Assembly (NCBI RefSeq): GCF_030144855.1
Contig: NC_082714.1
Coordinates: 95,914,001-95,978,000, forward strand
Origin: Hypanus sabinus
Lineage: Eukaryota
Length of the DNA: 64,000 bases
Reading direction: 5' to 3'
Positions 39,934 through 53,780 of this stretch are shown in pieces. Under the pieces are notes generated by a model. That model saw only the letters and a program-made list of their open reading frames with translations, searched no databases and was not told the origin of the DNA. Both the position numbers and the translations under genes were made by a program. How positions within the stretch are numbered: the first letter of the stretch is position 1; each line of letters begins with the position of its first letter.

Positions 39934-41595
39934 AAACAGTTGCCGTTTCGGGCCGAGACACCAGTCTTGGAATCTTTTTGGATTCCAGACCTAACCAATT
40001 CCCCTCTACCACCACTGTCCTCCGTCTAACAGAATTAGTTCTTACTCTCAATAATTTCTCCTTTGGCTCCTCCCACTTCCTCCAAACCAAGGGTGTAGCA
40101 ATGGGCACCCGCATGAGTCCCAATTATGCCTGCCTTTTTGTTGACTTTGTGGAACAGTCCATGTATCCGTCCCCCTCTTTTCTTTCGCTACATCAACGAC
40201 TTCATTGGCGCTGCATCCTGTACGCATGCTGTGCTTGATGACTTCATTAACTTTGCCTCCAACTTTCACCCTGCCCTCAAATTTACCTGGTCCATTTGCG
40301 ACACCTCCCTCCCCTTTCTTGATCTTTCTGTCTCCATCTCCGGAGACGGCTTATCTACTGATATCTATTATAAGCCTACGGACTCTCATAGCTAACTGGA
40401 CTATTCCTCTTCCCACCCTGTCTCTTGCAAAAATGCTATCCCCTTCTCACAATTCCGCCGTCTCCGCCGCATCTGCTCTCAGGATGAGGCTTTTCATTCC
40501 AGGACGAAGGAGATATTTTCCTTTTTTAAACAAAGGGGCTTTCCTTCTTCCACCATCAACTCTGCTCTCAAACGCATCTCTCCCATTTCCCGCACATCTG
40601 CCCGCACCCCATCCGCACTCCACCCCACTCGGGATAGGGTTCCCCTTGTCCTCACCTACCACCCCACCAGCCTCCAGGTCCAACGCATAATTCACCGTAA
40701 CTTCCGCCACCTCCAACGGGATCCCACTGCCAAGCACATCTTTCCCTCTCCCTTCTTTCTGCTTTCCACAGGGATCGCTCCCTACGTGGATCCATTGTAC
40801 ACTCGTCCCCCCATCCCTTCCCACCGATCTCCATCCTGGCTCTTATCCTTGTAAGCGGAACAAGTGCTACACTTGCCCTTACACTTCCTCCCTCACCACC
40901 ATTCAGGGCTCCAGACAGTCCTTCTAGGTGAGGCGACACTTCACCTGTAAGTCGGCCGGTGTGGTATACTGCATCCGGTGCTCCCGGTGTGGTCTTTTAT
41001 ATATTGGTGAGACCCGACGCAGACTGGGAGACCGTTTCGCTGAACACCTACGCTCGGTCTGCCAGAGAAGGCAGGATCTCCCAGTGGCCACACATTTTAA
41101 TTCCACGTCCCTTTCCCATTCTGATATGTCTATACATGGCCTCCTCTACTGTCAAAATGAATCCAAACTCAGGTTGGAGGAACAACACCTTATATACCAG
41201 CTGGGTAACCTCCAACCTGATGGGATTAACTTCCGTTAATGCCCCTCCACCCCTTTTACCCCATCCCTGACATATTTAGTTGTTTGTTTTTATTCTCTCT
41301 GTCTCCCGAGGCCTCCCGTCCCATGATCCTTTCCCTTTTCAGCTCGGTATCACTTTCGCCAATCACCTTTCCAGCTCTTTGCTTCACCCCACCCCCTCCG
41401 GTCTTATCCTATCATTTCGCATTTCCCCCTCCCCCCACTACTTTCAAATCTCTTAGCTTTCAGTTAGTCCTGACGAAGGGTCTCCGCCCGAAACGTAGGC
41501 AGTGCTTCTCCTTGTAGATGCTGCCTTGCCTGCTGTGTTACACCAGCATTTTGTGTGTATTGTTTGAATTTCCAGCATCTGCAGATTTCCTCGGG
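39934..41595 (+). mobile_element. Penelope-like retroelement (RT + GIY-YIG endonuclease), 5'-truncated
   Basis: RT: LNNFSF..QTKGVAMGTRMSPNYACLF, FRYINDF..LPFLDLSV..YYKPTDSH. GIY-YIG: VVYCIRCSRCGLLYIGETRRRLGDRFAEH. Frameshifted. Confidence 0.93.
41465..41502 (+). ncRNA. Minimal type I hammerhead ribozyme motif in the Penelope 3' end
   Basis: GTC-CTGACGA-A-GGG(TCTCCG)CCC-GAAAC-GTA-GGC: core CUGANGA and GAAA, stem II GGG/CCC, NUH triplet GUA, stem I GUC/GGC. Confidence 0.7.
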
Positions 41596-41789
41596 TTTGT
41601 AGTACAGTTGCAGAATTACAAGTGTAATATTTTAGGCATCACTGAATCATGGCTGAAATATTATAGCTGGAAGCTTAATGTTCAAGGATACACATTGTAT
41701 CGCAAAAATACACAGGAAGGCAGAGGGGGTTGGCGTTCTTCTGTTGCTAAGCAAATAATATAAAATTATTAGAAAGAGATGACAAGCTG

Positions 41790-44385
41790 TAAGGTCAATG
41801 AGGAGAGTTTCGACACAGGAATTAAGAGAAAGATCAACGTCAAGTCGCTGGACGGTTCACCTCTGGGCATTGGCCAGGTCCACCTTTCCAGCCAACTCTT
41901 CCAACATGTCCTCTGAGGCAACCACAGTGAACAGCTCTCCTATCCAGTTTATTCGCCTGGACTGCCACGAGTATTTGGTCTCCCCTTTTTCATCCCGACA
42001 TAACCCACGGATCGATTGGTCTCTGAAAGGACTCCAAAAGTGGCCACCTGCAATCCTGTCGACATGTATGCGTCCAGCTCAAGCACCGTTCCATGAATCC
42101 CCTACTATGTCAGCTAAAGATGTCGACCTACTTGGGATTCTGGCTCAGTATGTCGATCTTCATACGAGTGAGCCATAGACCTCCTACCAGTCAAGAGTCC
42201 TCCTTGAGGACGGATCTTTACACTCTCTGATCATGAAACGGCCACGGTGGAATGCATCATAGGCATTGGCCATGGAGTTTATCTGTCTGTCAACATCGCC
42301 GGTAGGAGCAGGATTCGTTTTGCGAGCAAGAAAGATAGCAAGCTCCACCCCTGATCGATTGTCGTCCCCGCACAGCATCACTGTGAAGAACTGCTACTCT
42401 CTTCACCTGCTGGCTGATGCATTCCAACATCTCCAGGAGCGCTTTTCATATTTTAAAAAATTGATCTACGCAATGCTTACAATTTTGTTTGCGCGAGAGA
42501 AGGGATTGAGTGTAAGGCAGCTTTCAACACCTCTGGCCTGTATGAGTACCTGGCGATGACCTTTGGTCTGGGCAACGTCCCTGCTGTACTCCAGGCCTTA
42601 GTTTACGATGTGCCCAGGGACATCCTGAATCAGTTTGTGTTTGTATATTTATATGACATCCTTATCCGTTCCTGCTGTCATCAGGAACACCTCCAGCATG
42701 TCTGACGAGCTCACCGACGTCTCCCCGAATATAACCTGTACGGCAAACTCGATAAATGTGAGTTCTATAAAGACCANNNNNNNNNNNNNNNNNNNNNNNN
42801 NNNNNNNNNNNNNNNNNNNNNNNNNNNNNNNNNNNNNNNNNNNNNNNNNNNNNNNNNNNNNNNNNNNNNNNNNNNNNNNNNNNNNNNNNNNNNNNNNNNN
42901 NNNNNNNNNNNNNNNNNNNNNNNNNNNNNNNNNNNNNNNNNNNNNNNNNNNNNNNNTTCAATTGGACCCTAGTTAATTTCAAGCAATTGCAGATTGGCCC
43001 AAATCATCTACAGTCAAATGGACACGGCGCCTCCTGTGGTTTGCGATCTGTTATTGCCACTTCATCCGGAATTTCGACTCTGTCGCAGCTCCTATAATTG
43101 CTCTCAGCACAAAGTCCTCGGCAGCATTTCACTGGACAGACGATGCCGTCCAAGCATTTTCAGATTTAAAGCAACGTTCCACCTCTATCCCAATTCTGCA
43201 ATACCCAGAGCCATCACAGCCTTTCATAGTCGGGATGGATGCATCCGATGGCGGCATTGCAACTGTCCTCTCTCAGCGCTCTTCTGCGGACAGCCGACTG
43301 CACCCCGTGCCTTTCTTTCCGTTCACCTGACTCCAGCCCAGAGGAACCGGGAACCTCCAGCTGTCAAGGAGTCCAATAATAGCGCTGGTTGGAGGAGGCA
43401 GAGCGTATTTTCTTCATCTGGACAGAATAGATGGACGTCTCCTCCCTTCAGAATGCAAACTTTTTGTCAATCCGGATAGGCTTTCTACTTCACACTGTTT
43501 CAGTTCGTCCTCACTTAGCATCTGAGAAGCAAGAATAACAAGGCCGACACTCTCTCCCGACAATTCGACGGATTCGATGGCAATGCCGATTCCTGAGCCC
43601 ATTGCTCCTCGATCGTATATTGTTGCTTCGGTGATCTGGAGAATAGAGACGGAAGTGAGGGCTGCCCAAGAATCGGACCCAAGGTCGGGTGGGAGACTTC
43701 CCAACCAGCTGATTGTCGCTGCCGATGCGCGTTCCGAAGTTTTGGAATGGGGTCACTCCTCCCGTCTGGATGAACATCCGGGATTTCGACGTATCCAGGA
43801 GTTTATAAAGAAACAATGTTAGTGGCCAACTATGTTTTGGTTATTTATATCTGAGTTTATATCTGTTTGTCTACGTTCGGAACAAGACGTAACGCCAGCT
43901 TCCTGTGGATCTGCAATGTCCACTGCCTGTGCCCCACCAACCTTGGTCCAACCTTTCAGTGGATTTCACCACTGGTCTGCCCCTGCCAAAGCATTCACCA
44001 CCGTCTTGGTCAGTGTAGATCGATTTGTCCAAGACTGCCCATTTCATTGCCCTCCACAATCTTCCATCAAATCGTAAGACTGCCACACTCATGGTTCAAC
44101 ATTTGTTCAGGCTCCACGACTTCTGTCAAGACATAGTGTCTGATCATTCACCATCGTTCAATTCCCGTTTTTTGCTCTCTTGAGGGACACGCGACAGGCT
44201 TCGCATCTGGTTTCCATCCCCAATGTAATAGCCGGATTGATAGAGTGAACCAGCAGTTGAAGACGACCCCATGCTTCCCTGCCTTTTCCAACCCCACGAC
44301 CGGGAGCTCCCAGATAGTTTAGGATGTGATCGCCCACCATAATATCCAGTCGTCCTCCACCGGGATCTATCTATCATAGATAGGG
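41790..44385 (+). mobile_element. Gypsy LTR retrotransposon pol remnant (protease-RT-RNaseH-integrase), no LTRs seen
   Basis: HNPRIDW protease end; AFNT..YEYL.M.FGL.N.PAV.Q RT region (~42500-42660); RNaseH ..DAS..LSQRS..LHP; integrase-like region at 43750-44350. Spans an N gap. Confidence 0.88.
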
Positions 44386-45450
44386 TGTTGTGCACTAACC
44401 ACATTTTATTAGGGAGCTTAATGTAAAGGAAACCTAAGGAGAAAGTGATTATATTAAGATTAAATTCCTACTGCTACTTGAGAGGGAGAAGCATAACTCA
44501 CATGTATCGGCGTCGCAATGGGGTAAAGGGAATTACAGAAGCACGAGAGGGAGCTTGCCCAGGTGGATTGGAGCAGGATACCAGCGGGGATGACCAGAGC
44601 AGAGATGACTGAAGTTTATGGGAATAGTTGACAAGGCGCGGGATCCATAGGTCCAACAGAGGAATAAGTCCTCAACAGGCAGCGGGAAGCAACCTTGGCT
44701 GCGAAGTAAGTTTAGTGCTAGATGAAAGCCAATGAAAAGTCACAAGAGTCAACGGGAAATTGGATGATTTGGAAGCTTTTACAGTTCAACAAAAAATAAC
44801 TAAAACAGCTATAAGAAGGGAAAAGATGAAATATGAAGTCAACCTAGCTAATAATATAAAGCAAGCTAACAATTTTTTTGCAGATAATGAAGAGTACAAC
44901 GCAGGTGAGAGTTGTTGTTGGACCACTGAAAATGGTATTGCTGAGGTAATAATGGGGGGCAAAAAATAGCAGATGAACCTACTGGGTACTTTGCATCAGT
45001 CTTCGCAAGAATGATGTCAGGAATGCAAGACGTAACATAAGAGGAGCGTTTGACAGCCCTCGGTTTTTACTTGCTGGAGTTTAGAACAATCGGCGGGGAT
45101 GGTGGAAGTAATCGAATCTTGAAAGATCTGGACAAAGAGGATCTTTCCTGTAGTGGGGTGTCTGGGACTAGAAGGCACTGCATCAAATTTGAAAGCCGTC
45201 CATTTTGTGCAGAGATGGAAAAAAATTTCAGCCAGAAAGTGGTGAATCTATGCAATTCATTGGCACAGATGACTGTGCAGGCATATTATTTTGGTATGTT
45301 TGAAGGCGGAGGTTTAATAAGTTGTTAATTAATCAGGGAGTCACAGTAGAATGGGGTTGAAAGGGATAATATATCAGCCATGTTGGAATGGCGAAGCAGA
45401 CTCGATGGGCCGAATGACATATTTCTGCTCTTCTGTCTTATGCTCACATA
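44385..45450 (+). mobile_element. CR1-type LINE fragments (apparently continuing the endonuclease piece at 41600-41790)
   Basis: Linker KTAIRREKMKYEVNLANNIK and 3' TRRHCIKFESRPF..NFSQKVVNL, followed by a CR1 3' UTR. Confidence 0.75.
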
Positions 45451-48400
45451 GATTTACGATCGTAAAGAAAATGTACAGGACGACTAAGCACGCCTTTGAT
45501 TTGACCTGGAGTGGCCACTGTTAGGAGCACGCGGCCATCTTACCATTGACTTTCCAACCTAGTCCGATTTTCTTGCATTTCGCCACTATCACGCTAAACC
45601 GTAAGTGTCTTTTGAATTAAATTCCATCTGCCATTTCACCAACTTCCATATGAAATTTTATCAAATAATTTATCGAACTCACTACTAAAAACAAATTTGG
45701 GGTCATATCAAGCGCACAGATGCAATGGATGCAACGTGTTCTGTGTTGAATATGAGAATCAGTTATTCTTATGCTGCCTTCTACTTTTCTCGATCATTTC
45801 GAAATTCCCTCCCGGGTCTTTGAACGCAAGCACCTACTCTTTACCCCACATGAAAATAAGCAGGCTTTATCGGCCTCAGTCAAATTTCCTCTCTATTTTC
45901 GCTTCACCAGAAATACCGAGTCTGCGGTTCATCCCCACATGTGACGTAAACACTCAAGCGCGTCGAATAAGAAAGTAACATCGCGGACTAATAAGGTTGT
46001 TAACACCGTCTCATTTCTTAGGAGACGTTTCACAGGAAACGTTTCCAATTTCGAAACTCACACTCTTGTCCGCAAAACTTTGAAACATAAACGGGAATAT
46101 CCCACTGTCGATTGACCTTCAAGTAAATAACGTGAATCCTAGCCGCTGTTTCACACTGGAGTTTGGGGCGGGACTTATTGCGTAGGGTAGTGCCGTGCAA
46201 TGGATGTCTCAGCCGGTTCACTGACATTTTGTCTACCTGCTCTTTTTGTGACCGGGAGGAATCTGTGTATCATGTTCGATATAGAGCCTGGGAAGTTGCA
46301 GCCTTTTCGGAGTACCTGTGGGGCTGCTCCTCAGGTTCCTGTTGTACTTCAGACCCGCGCTACTCATACATGGTCACACGGTACGGCGGACGAAGGCCTG
46401 GCCAAGATGGCCATTCACGGGACCAACAGGGCAATCGAGGTATCGTTTCGAGCCGATTTCTGCGGCATTTCTGGGGTTGCGTTCATGCCGAAATATACCT
46501 AGAAAGGATTCATGCTGTCACAATGCGCATAGAGGCGGATTTCAAGGAACGACAGGTTACCTCAGGGAACTGAATGTTTTATATGTAATTGGAGTCGTAT
46601 TTAATTTGAAATCGTATATAGTTTAGCAAATCCCTGATGGTTGTTGGTATTTTGTGAGTAAGTGAACGTCTGCAGTTATTTAAATGAAACGTTCTTCGCT
46701 GTTCTGCTGGCTTTCGAAAGAAACGATTGTACACCAAAGAACTATTGGGATAGACGTAAGAGTAATAAAATATTGCCTACAACTTTAAGGCCGCTGTTAC
46801 AAAGTTGTGGGAGCCTGTGGCTTTAAGTGATCAAGTAACACCGCCAGTCAAATGCACGCACGTGTGCCTTTAAGAGGCAATCTTCAGCATTAAATAATCG
46901 AATCATTCAATAATCTCCTGGGTCAGGATCGGGACAAAATTCCGTCAATTGAAACATCTTCTGTTCTCCACAGACCATACACGAGAGAACGTCAAAATTG
47001 TCTACATTGCATGATAGTTTGAACCGATCAAAGGTGAAATAATCCAACGAGTTATTTAAAATTAGATCACGAGAATGGAACGATCCATGCAGTGAGCTGA
47101 TTGAATTTGCACAAGTGAGCAATAGGTGCCAGCAAAGCGCAAACAAGGATCTTGGTGGGGCGTGACCTGAAAAAAATAAACAGTCTGATAGCAGAAAGGA
47201 AAGGAAATCATCGTCAAATTCATGAGCAGATTGCCCAGCTCCTGCAGATCCTTACACAGGTGTAGTGAAGGAAATTCAGCCCGTCGTGTCATTTAAACTT
47301 GGATTGAAGTCTATTCAATTAATCGAACAACGTTCACAGAAAGAACAGGAGCTTAATCGATCACCCATCGTAAAGGATTACGAAGTCTTCTCCCTTTCAA
47401 TCACAGCAAGACTCCTCTTAGGTGCCCACAGCTCATTCCTCCTCATAATCTTCACCACTCCCATGTAGCAATGTGTTCAATAATTAAATAAAGATGACAA
47501 TTTGTTTTAAATCGTCGGGCAAAAAAGAACAAAGTTCAAAAGTCAAAATAAATTTATTATCTTGGCTCGTAAACTGTATATCACCATATACTGCTGTGAG
47601 TTTCAGTTCCTTGCAGGTAGTCACAGGAACTAAGAAACACAAAATGAAAAAAGTACAATCGCCGAAGGATCAGACAGAGGACATCATGAAAGGCAATGTC
47701 CCAAAATTTCTCTTTGCGACTCTATCTAATTGTTTCGCCACTTTCAAGGAATTGTGGATCTTAATTCCCTGATCAAATCCTTCTATCGCACCTCAGCGTC
47801 CCACCTTTCACCGTGTAAGTCCTACCCTCGTTTATCCTGCTGATGTCAAACTTCTCACACTCGTCTTCATTAAAATCCATCTGACATTTTCAACCTGAAA
47901 GAAATGTGCGCAATTGGAATTAATTCAATCTCAACATATTATTTCCGTTCAAGTTCAATTGAGGAAGTTTTTCTATGAGTTTATTATAAAATGTTAAACA
48001 ACAATAAATAATATGCAAAATTATGGAACAGAAGAAAAATATGGACTGAAATCGTCTTCGCTCAAAAGTCGACAGTTCACTCATTTTCATAGCTACTGCT
48101 CTATCTACTGAGTTTCTCCAGCATGCTGTGTGCGTTCTTCTGGATTTGCAGATTCTGCAGAATTTCTTGTGGTGTTTACCGCCTGAAATTTGTTAAATTG
48201 GTACAGTATCTTTCAGGTTATGAAATCTAATCACATGTTGACTAATCTAGTTTTGAACCATATCACTGTGCTTCATAGTTTCTTCCAAAGATTGGAAAGT
48301 GTTTCGATAATTTTTTTGCTGCTTCAGGAATTAGACATTTCTAACGCTGATGACATGCGGTTTTCGTCACTACCACGTGTCATTCTGAGCATGGTTCAGA

Positions 48401-51400
48401 ACAGGAAAAAAATCATTTTCTCGTGGTCATTTTATGTGGTCATTGCATAAAGCCCGTTCTGCATCAAAAGAAGTATGCTTCTTTTTGATACAAATGACAG
48501 TTTTATCTCCCTCATCGTATTAATACAGTATTAACTTTATTTTTCATTGCCACAGATAAATAATATATATTCGGTATCTAATATTTAAAGTGGAGGTTGA
48601 TAGGTTTTTGATTAGTCAAGGCGTCAAAGGTTACGGGGAGAAGAAAGAGAATGTTGAGAGGAATTATGATTAATTCTATTATGGTTATTCGATATATTGA
48701 GATTCCCGCCAGAAAATGAATCTAAGCGTTGCATATGACGACATATATCTACTTTGATAATAAATTTATCTTGAACTTTCATGATACATCGGCCATGATG
48801 GAATAGTGGAGAGACCTATGTGCCGAATGGCCGATTTCTGCTACTGTATCCTATGGTCTAATGGTGTACGTTCTGAGCAAGGAGTTACTGCGCTTGCTCC
48901 TTTCTACTATGGTCTCTTATACAAGTGTTTGTGATAAAACAAATTGTGCATTTCGCTTCATAGCAATGGCTGTGTTAATAATAATGAGTCACATGCATTC
49001 GGAAAATGTCTTTTTCCCGTCTGCATCCAGGTATTCAATGCTGGCTCGTCAGGCATATAACTTTACCAGTCAGTGAAGGAAGCAGTAGGGAGGAAAAGTT
49101 TGGCCTTTTGCAAGGAGGTGAATTGCAAAAGTGTGGCGTGCCTGCTGCATCACTACTGGCCCGAGGTTAGACTGTCTGTTTACTGTAAATAGGTCCGTTT
49201 CTTGTATGAAATCTGAAACTGGCTCTGGAGACTGTGTTCTCTGGATGAGAGGATTCACCCGTGAGCAGCTACTGAGAGGGATGCGCCTCAGTCTCAGTAA
49301 AGACAAATGAGAGTCAAGTGCTCTGCAAGTCTGAATACTGAATGAACTAACGGAGTACAGTATAACTGATGTGAAACAGAAGACTCTGGGCTTCCCTCCT
49401 CGAGATCTGCTGATAATTAATCACTAACAAAGTTGCAATAGAGGGTCGATTGGTGCTCGGAAACTTCGAGATTACAGGGATATGAAAATAAAGCCAGATG
49501 GTTCTGCAGTGACCCTCAGTCACGAATTTATTGAAAAGAGGAGTGGATTTCAGAAGCCCACCGCTGTTCCGTTCGCAGTTTATGTGCCCAAGAATATAAT
49601 CACTTTATGAAATTTCATAGATTGCTTCTTTCTCCGTCAAGTCTTTGTGATGAAAGAAATGCTGCATTTCCTAAATAGCAATGGCTATGTAAGAAGAATG
49701 TATATATACATTCCATGTCGTCATGTTCATGTGAAAGCCCATAGTGTGCTCCGTTTTGTTTCAAGGAATGAGAGAGACTGCGAGCGCTCGAGTCCAACCT
49801 CGGTCAGCTCTGGATTTTTCCCTGGACACGCATCTCATTCCGTCTGCCCGATAACTATTGTGATACTCAGGCACGCATNNNNNNNNNNNNNNNNNNNNNN
49901 NNNNNNNNNNNNNNNNNNNNNNNNNNNNNNNNNNNNNNNNNNNNNNNNNNNNNNNNNNNNNNNNNNNNNNNNNNNNNNNNNNNNNNNNNNNNNNNNNNNN
50001 NNNNNNNNNNNNNNNNNNNNNNNNNNNNNNNNNNNNNNNNNNNNNNNNNNNNNNNNNNNNNNNNNNACTTTTATGAAGTTTAAAGATCGCCAGTATATTT
50101 GAAGAAGACATTGTTTGAAAATATGAGCATCTTAGAAATTAAACTTAAGTCTGAGACGTTGCCACTGATTCCATTGTCTCAATGGAAAACACTTCCGAAA
50201 TTTTAAAATCTCCCCGCGGCTCTTTCTTTCCCTCCCCGGGACCCAGTGACCGCAGCACCTGCACCGCTTAACAAACAAGTTAGAAACAGCATCAATTTGT
50301 TTAACTGTAGCTAAGTGAAGGCTGTGTAAACACCGCCCGGTCCCCACGGGGATATGACGGAGTCCACATCTGCATCAGTGTCACTCGCAGACACAGACTG
50401 ACCGACTCTGTGAACTATCGTCAGCGCTGGTTAATTGGACTGAGCGGAGTCTCATGGTCAGTTTGGGTGGCAACAGGCAAATATCCGAGTTAATCACGAA
50501 GTGAGTTATGATCTCAGATCACAGCTCCTCCAAACCTTGCTCGCGTCCCCAAAGCAGCTTCACTCAGACAAAGACACAGAAAGGGAGGAAGGACCGCATT
50601 CGGCCCTCCAACCCGCATAGCAATTCAAACAACACATTTCGGACCCTCGGCTACAATTTCACTTTTCTGAACCTTCCCAATCTCCCCCGATTCCTCCTTT
50701 GCTCAAAAACACACTAGTTATTTTTATTTCAATATCCCTCTCGTCGGAGTACCAGCTAAAGAGTGAATCCCAGAAATTTTCAGCCGCGTCCAAGACACAC
50801 GAAAATGTAATTTCTATCCAATGTGAGACAGCACCCCCTGAAATCAGAATTCTTCTCCAATAAGCCACCCCCCGCCCCGCCCCCGGTGGAGGAGCGTCCT
50901 GTTTGCTATGTTTTTGACCTGAACAAATTTGGAATATTGTAAGCACTTTTGGGCTCCGTATTTGGCGAGAATAACTCTGGGAAGGATAGGGTTAACGAAT
51001 GAAAAGCGCTTGTATTTCTGTGGCTGTACTATCTGCAATTTAGAAGATTGAGATGAGGGGTGTGATTGATTGGAACTTATCGAATATGAAGGGATTAGAT
51101 AAAGTGGATCTGGAGAGGATATTTCCTGTAGTGGCCGATTTTAGGACCAAGGGGCACAATCGCAGAATAAAACCACATCCCTTTGCAACTGAGACGAGGA
51201 GAATTTTCTTTCGACAGACTGTAGACAGTCTTTGAACTTCATTGCCATTGTGACAGCAGACGGAACTCACTGATATTTAGTAAGTATGTCAAAAGTCATA
51301 GAGAGATGGCAGGAGAATCGGGTTCAGAAATAAAATGAATCAGCAATCAGTGAATGGCGGAGAAGTCTCGACAGATCGAGCAACTTAATTTTGATATCAT

Positions 51401-52914
51401 GTCTTATGGTCCTCCGGTCTCAGGTCATCTCTCATTTTCAGTTGTAAGTTAAACAGGCCTGTGCCTTCTGCGGTAACTTATGGGACTCAGTTGACAGCCC
51501 AGGCCTCGCTGCCATGGAAGAAACCCCACGCATGAGCTTCAGCGCCATGCAGGTCTAGTGGATAGATTTGTATAAACGTCTCTGTGAGGCGAGAGATAAA
51601 GCGACTGGTTTTTGCTCACACTGAAGATGGCTTGGATGACTAGTTATCTTCAGAACATATTTAAAGATATACACCAATCTATACCCTTATCAGGGTAAAT
51701 TTTTAAAATTTCAATAATACCACTCCAATATTACCATACTCCACCGAGGTCTCGTTACTGCGACATTGGGCTGTTTACTGACTGCCTCCGCTGCGAACTA
51801 CATGCACTTTGAATTTTACTTTATAAACTTATTTGTGGTGATATTTTGTTTTCTGTGCTGTGTGATATATGTTTCGTGGGTGCGCAGTGGTTGGGTGGAC
51901 TGTTGTTTCCTTTGACTGGGTACGTATAGAAACAGCTAACAAATAAAAAAATTGAAATTGAACTTGAGTTTGAAATCAGAACGAACCAACTGACTTCAGC
52001 TGGAACTGATCAAATATTGACAAAGAAACTCGCTCTGGAAAGATTTTCTGATGCAGACTGGTGACGATGGAAATAAAAATGGCTCCTCTGCTGTTGAAAT
52101 ATCGCAGAGATGAATTGTGACGATGGGGAACTAAATCATTAACAACTAAACCGAGGTGTTGCTTGACGCCGGACTTTCCTCCTCTTGTGAGAGAAACTGA
52201 GCCACAGTGAAATCAGACTGGCCTGTCCAATTCTGTTTTAAACATCACTCCTCTCATCTGCGATTACACCGGTGTGTATCATGAAAGAGTCACCGTCGCT
52301 CAGCCAGTTTTAAATGATACAATATGAGACAGGAAAATGTTACCTTCACACTTACCACCGGCATTAAGCAGAGTAATATAGTGGCAATATTGATAACACT
52401 TCTCTTCCAAACCAGTTTGTTTATATCCTGAAAATCTCCGTTAACAGAACCAAACATTAGATCACAGAACTAAAATGCGCAGAAACCTTGGAGGAGAGAA
52501 GAATCGTCAGAAATTCTATTTGCAAGATTGCAAATGTTGCATTCCTTCAGGAATTAAAGTATAGATTTCAGGCGATGTGTATTTTAATGGCACGGGGGGC
52601 AAACATAATTGCCTGAAATAATCAGAAGAGCATTGGACCTAAAGAAAAGTGGTTTAACATTGACTGAAAGAGTTTAAACTGGAATTCAACAAATAAAAAG
52701 CTTCAATAAACTGTTGAAGGAAAGTGAAATGCCAGATGAAACGATCAGGGAGCATTAGAAGAAATGAAACATTTATGTAGAGATGCTAAGTAAAAGAAGA
52801 AAATGGGAAAGAAACAAGATCGTTTGAAGGCTCGTCCTGAGACCGTAGATAATGAAGCAATGAAAGGGCAGAGGTATAAACAAAAGATTTAAGTTGCTTG
52901 AGGAATTAACCTAC

Positions 52915-53780
52915 AGTTTTCAGAAGACACAAAGGTTGGGGGTGTTGTGGGCAGTGTGGAGGGCTGTCAGAGGGACATCGATAGGATACAAAACTGGGCT
53001 GAGAAGGGGCAGATGGAGTTCAACCCAGAGAGTGTGAAGTGGTTTATTTTGCTAGCTCAATTATGATGGCAGAATATAGCATTAATGGTAAGACTCTTGG
53101 CAGTGTGCAAGATCAGAGTGATCGTGGGTGTCCATAGGACATTCAAAGCTGCTGCGCAGGTTGACTCCGTGGTTAAGAAGGCATGCGGTGCTTTGGCCTT
53201 CATCAACCGTGGGATTGAGTTTAAGAGCCGACAAGTAACGCTACAGCTTGATAGGACCCTGGTCAGACCCTACTTGGCGTATTGTGCTCAGTTCTGGTCA
53301 CCTCACAACAGGAAGGATGTGGAAACAATAGAAGGGGCGCAGCTATGATTTGTATGGATATTTCCTGGATTGGGGAGCGTGCCCTATGCGAATAGGTTGA
53401 GTGAACTTGGACTTTTCTCCTTTGAGCGACGGAGGATGAGAGTTGACTTGATAGAGCTGTATAAGATGATGAGAGGCATTGATCATATGGATAGTCAGAG
53501 CTTTTTTGACAGGGCTGAAATAGCTAACATGACAGGGCACAGTTTTAAGGTGCTTGGAAATAGGTACAAAGGAGATGTCAGAGGCAAGTTTTTTACGCAG
53601 AGATTGGTGAGTACATGGAATGGTCTGCCGTTAACGGTGGTGGAAGCAGATACAATAGGGTCTTTTAAGAGATTCCTGGATAGTTGCATGAATCTTAGAA
53701 AATAGAGGGCTACAGGTAACCCTAGATAATTTCTAAAGTAAGTACATTTTCGGCACAACATTGTGGGCCAAATGGCCTGG
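52915..53780 (+). mobile_element. 5'-truncated CR1-type LINE, specific to duplicon 2
   Basis: ORFs 53085-53348 and 53370-53705 (LVRPYLAYCAQFWSP; LGLFSFERRRMR..TGHSFKV..FFTQRLV). Confidence 0.9.

Larger units (their letters stand above)
13548..50066. other. Six assembly gaps: 13548-13682, 24843-25059, 25189-25388, 27250-27500, 42777-42956, 49879-50066
   Basis: N runs of 135, 217, 200, 251, 180 and 188 nt. Confidence 1.

Noticed and set aside
45500-48400. Possible host exons in the inter-cluster region (e.g. ORF 46163-46573)
   Set aside because: No recognisable domain or consistent splice structure; probably unclassified repeat or intergenic DNA.
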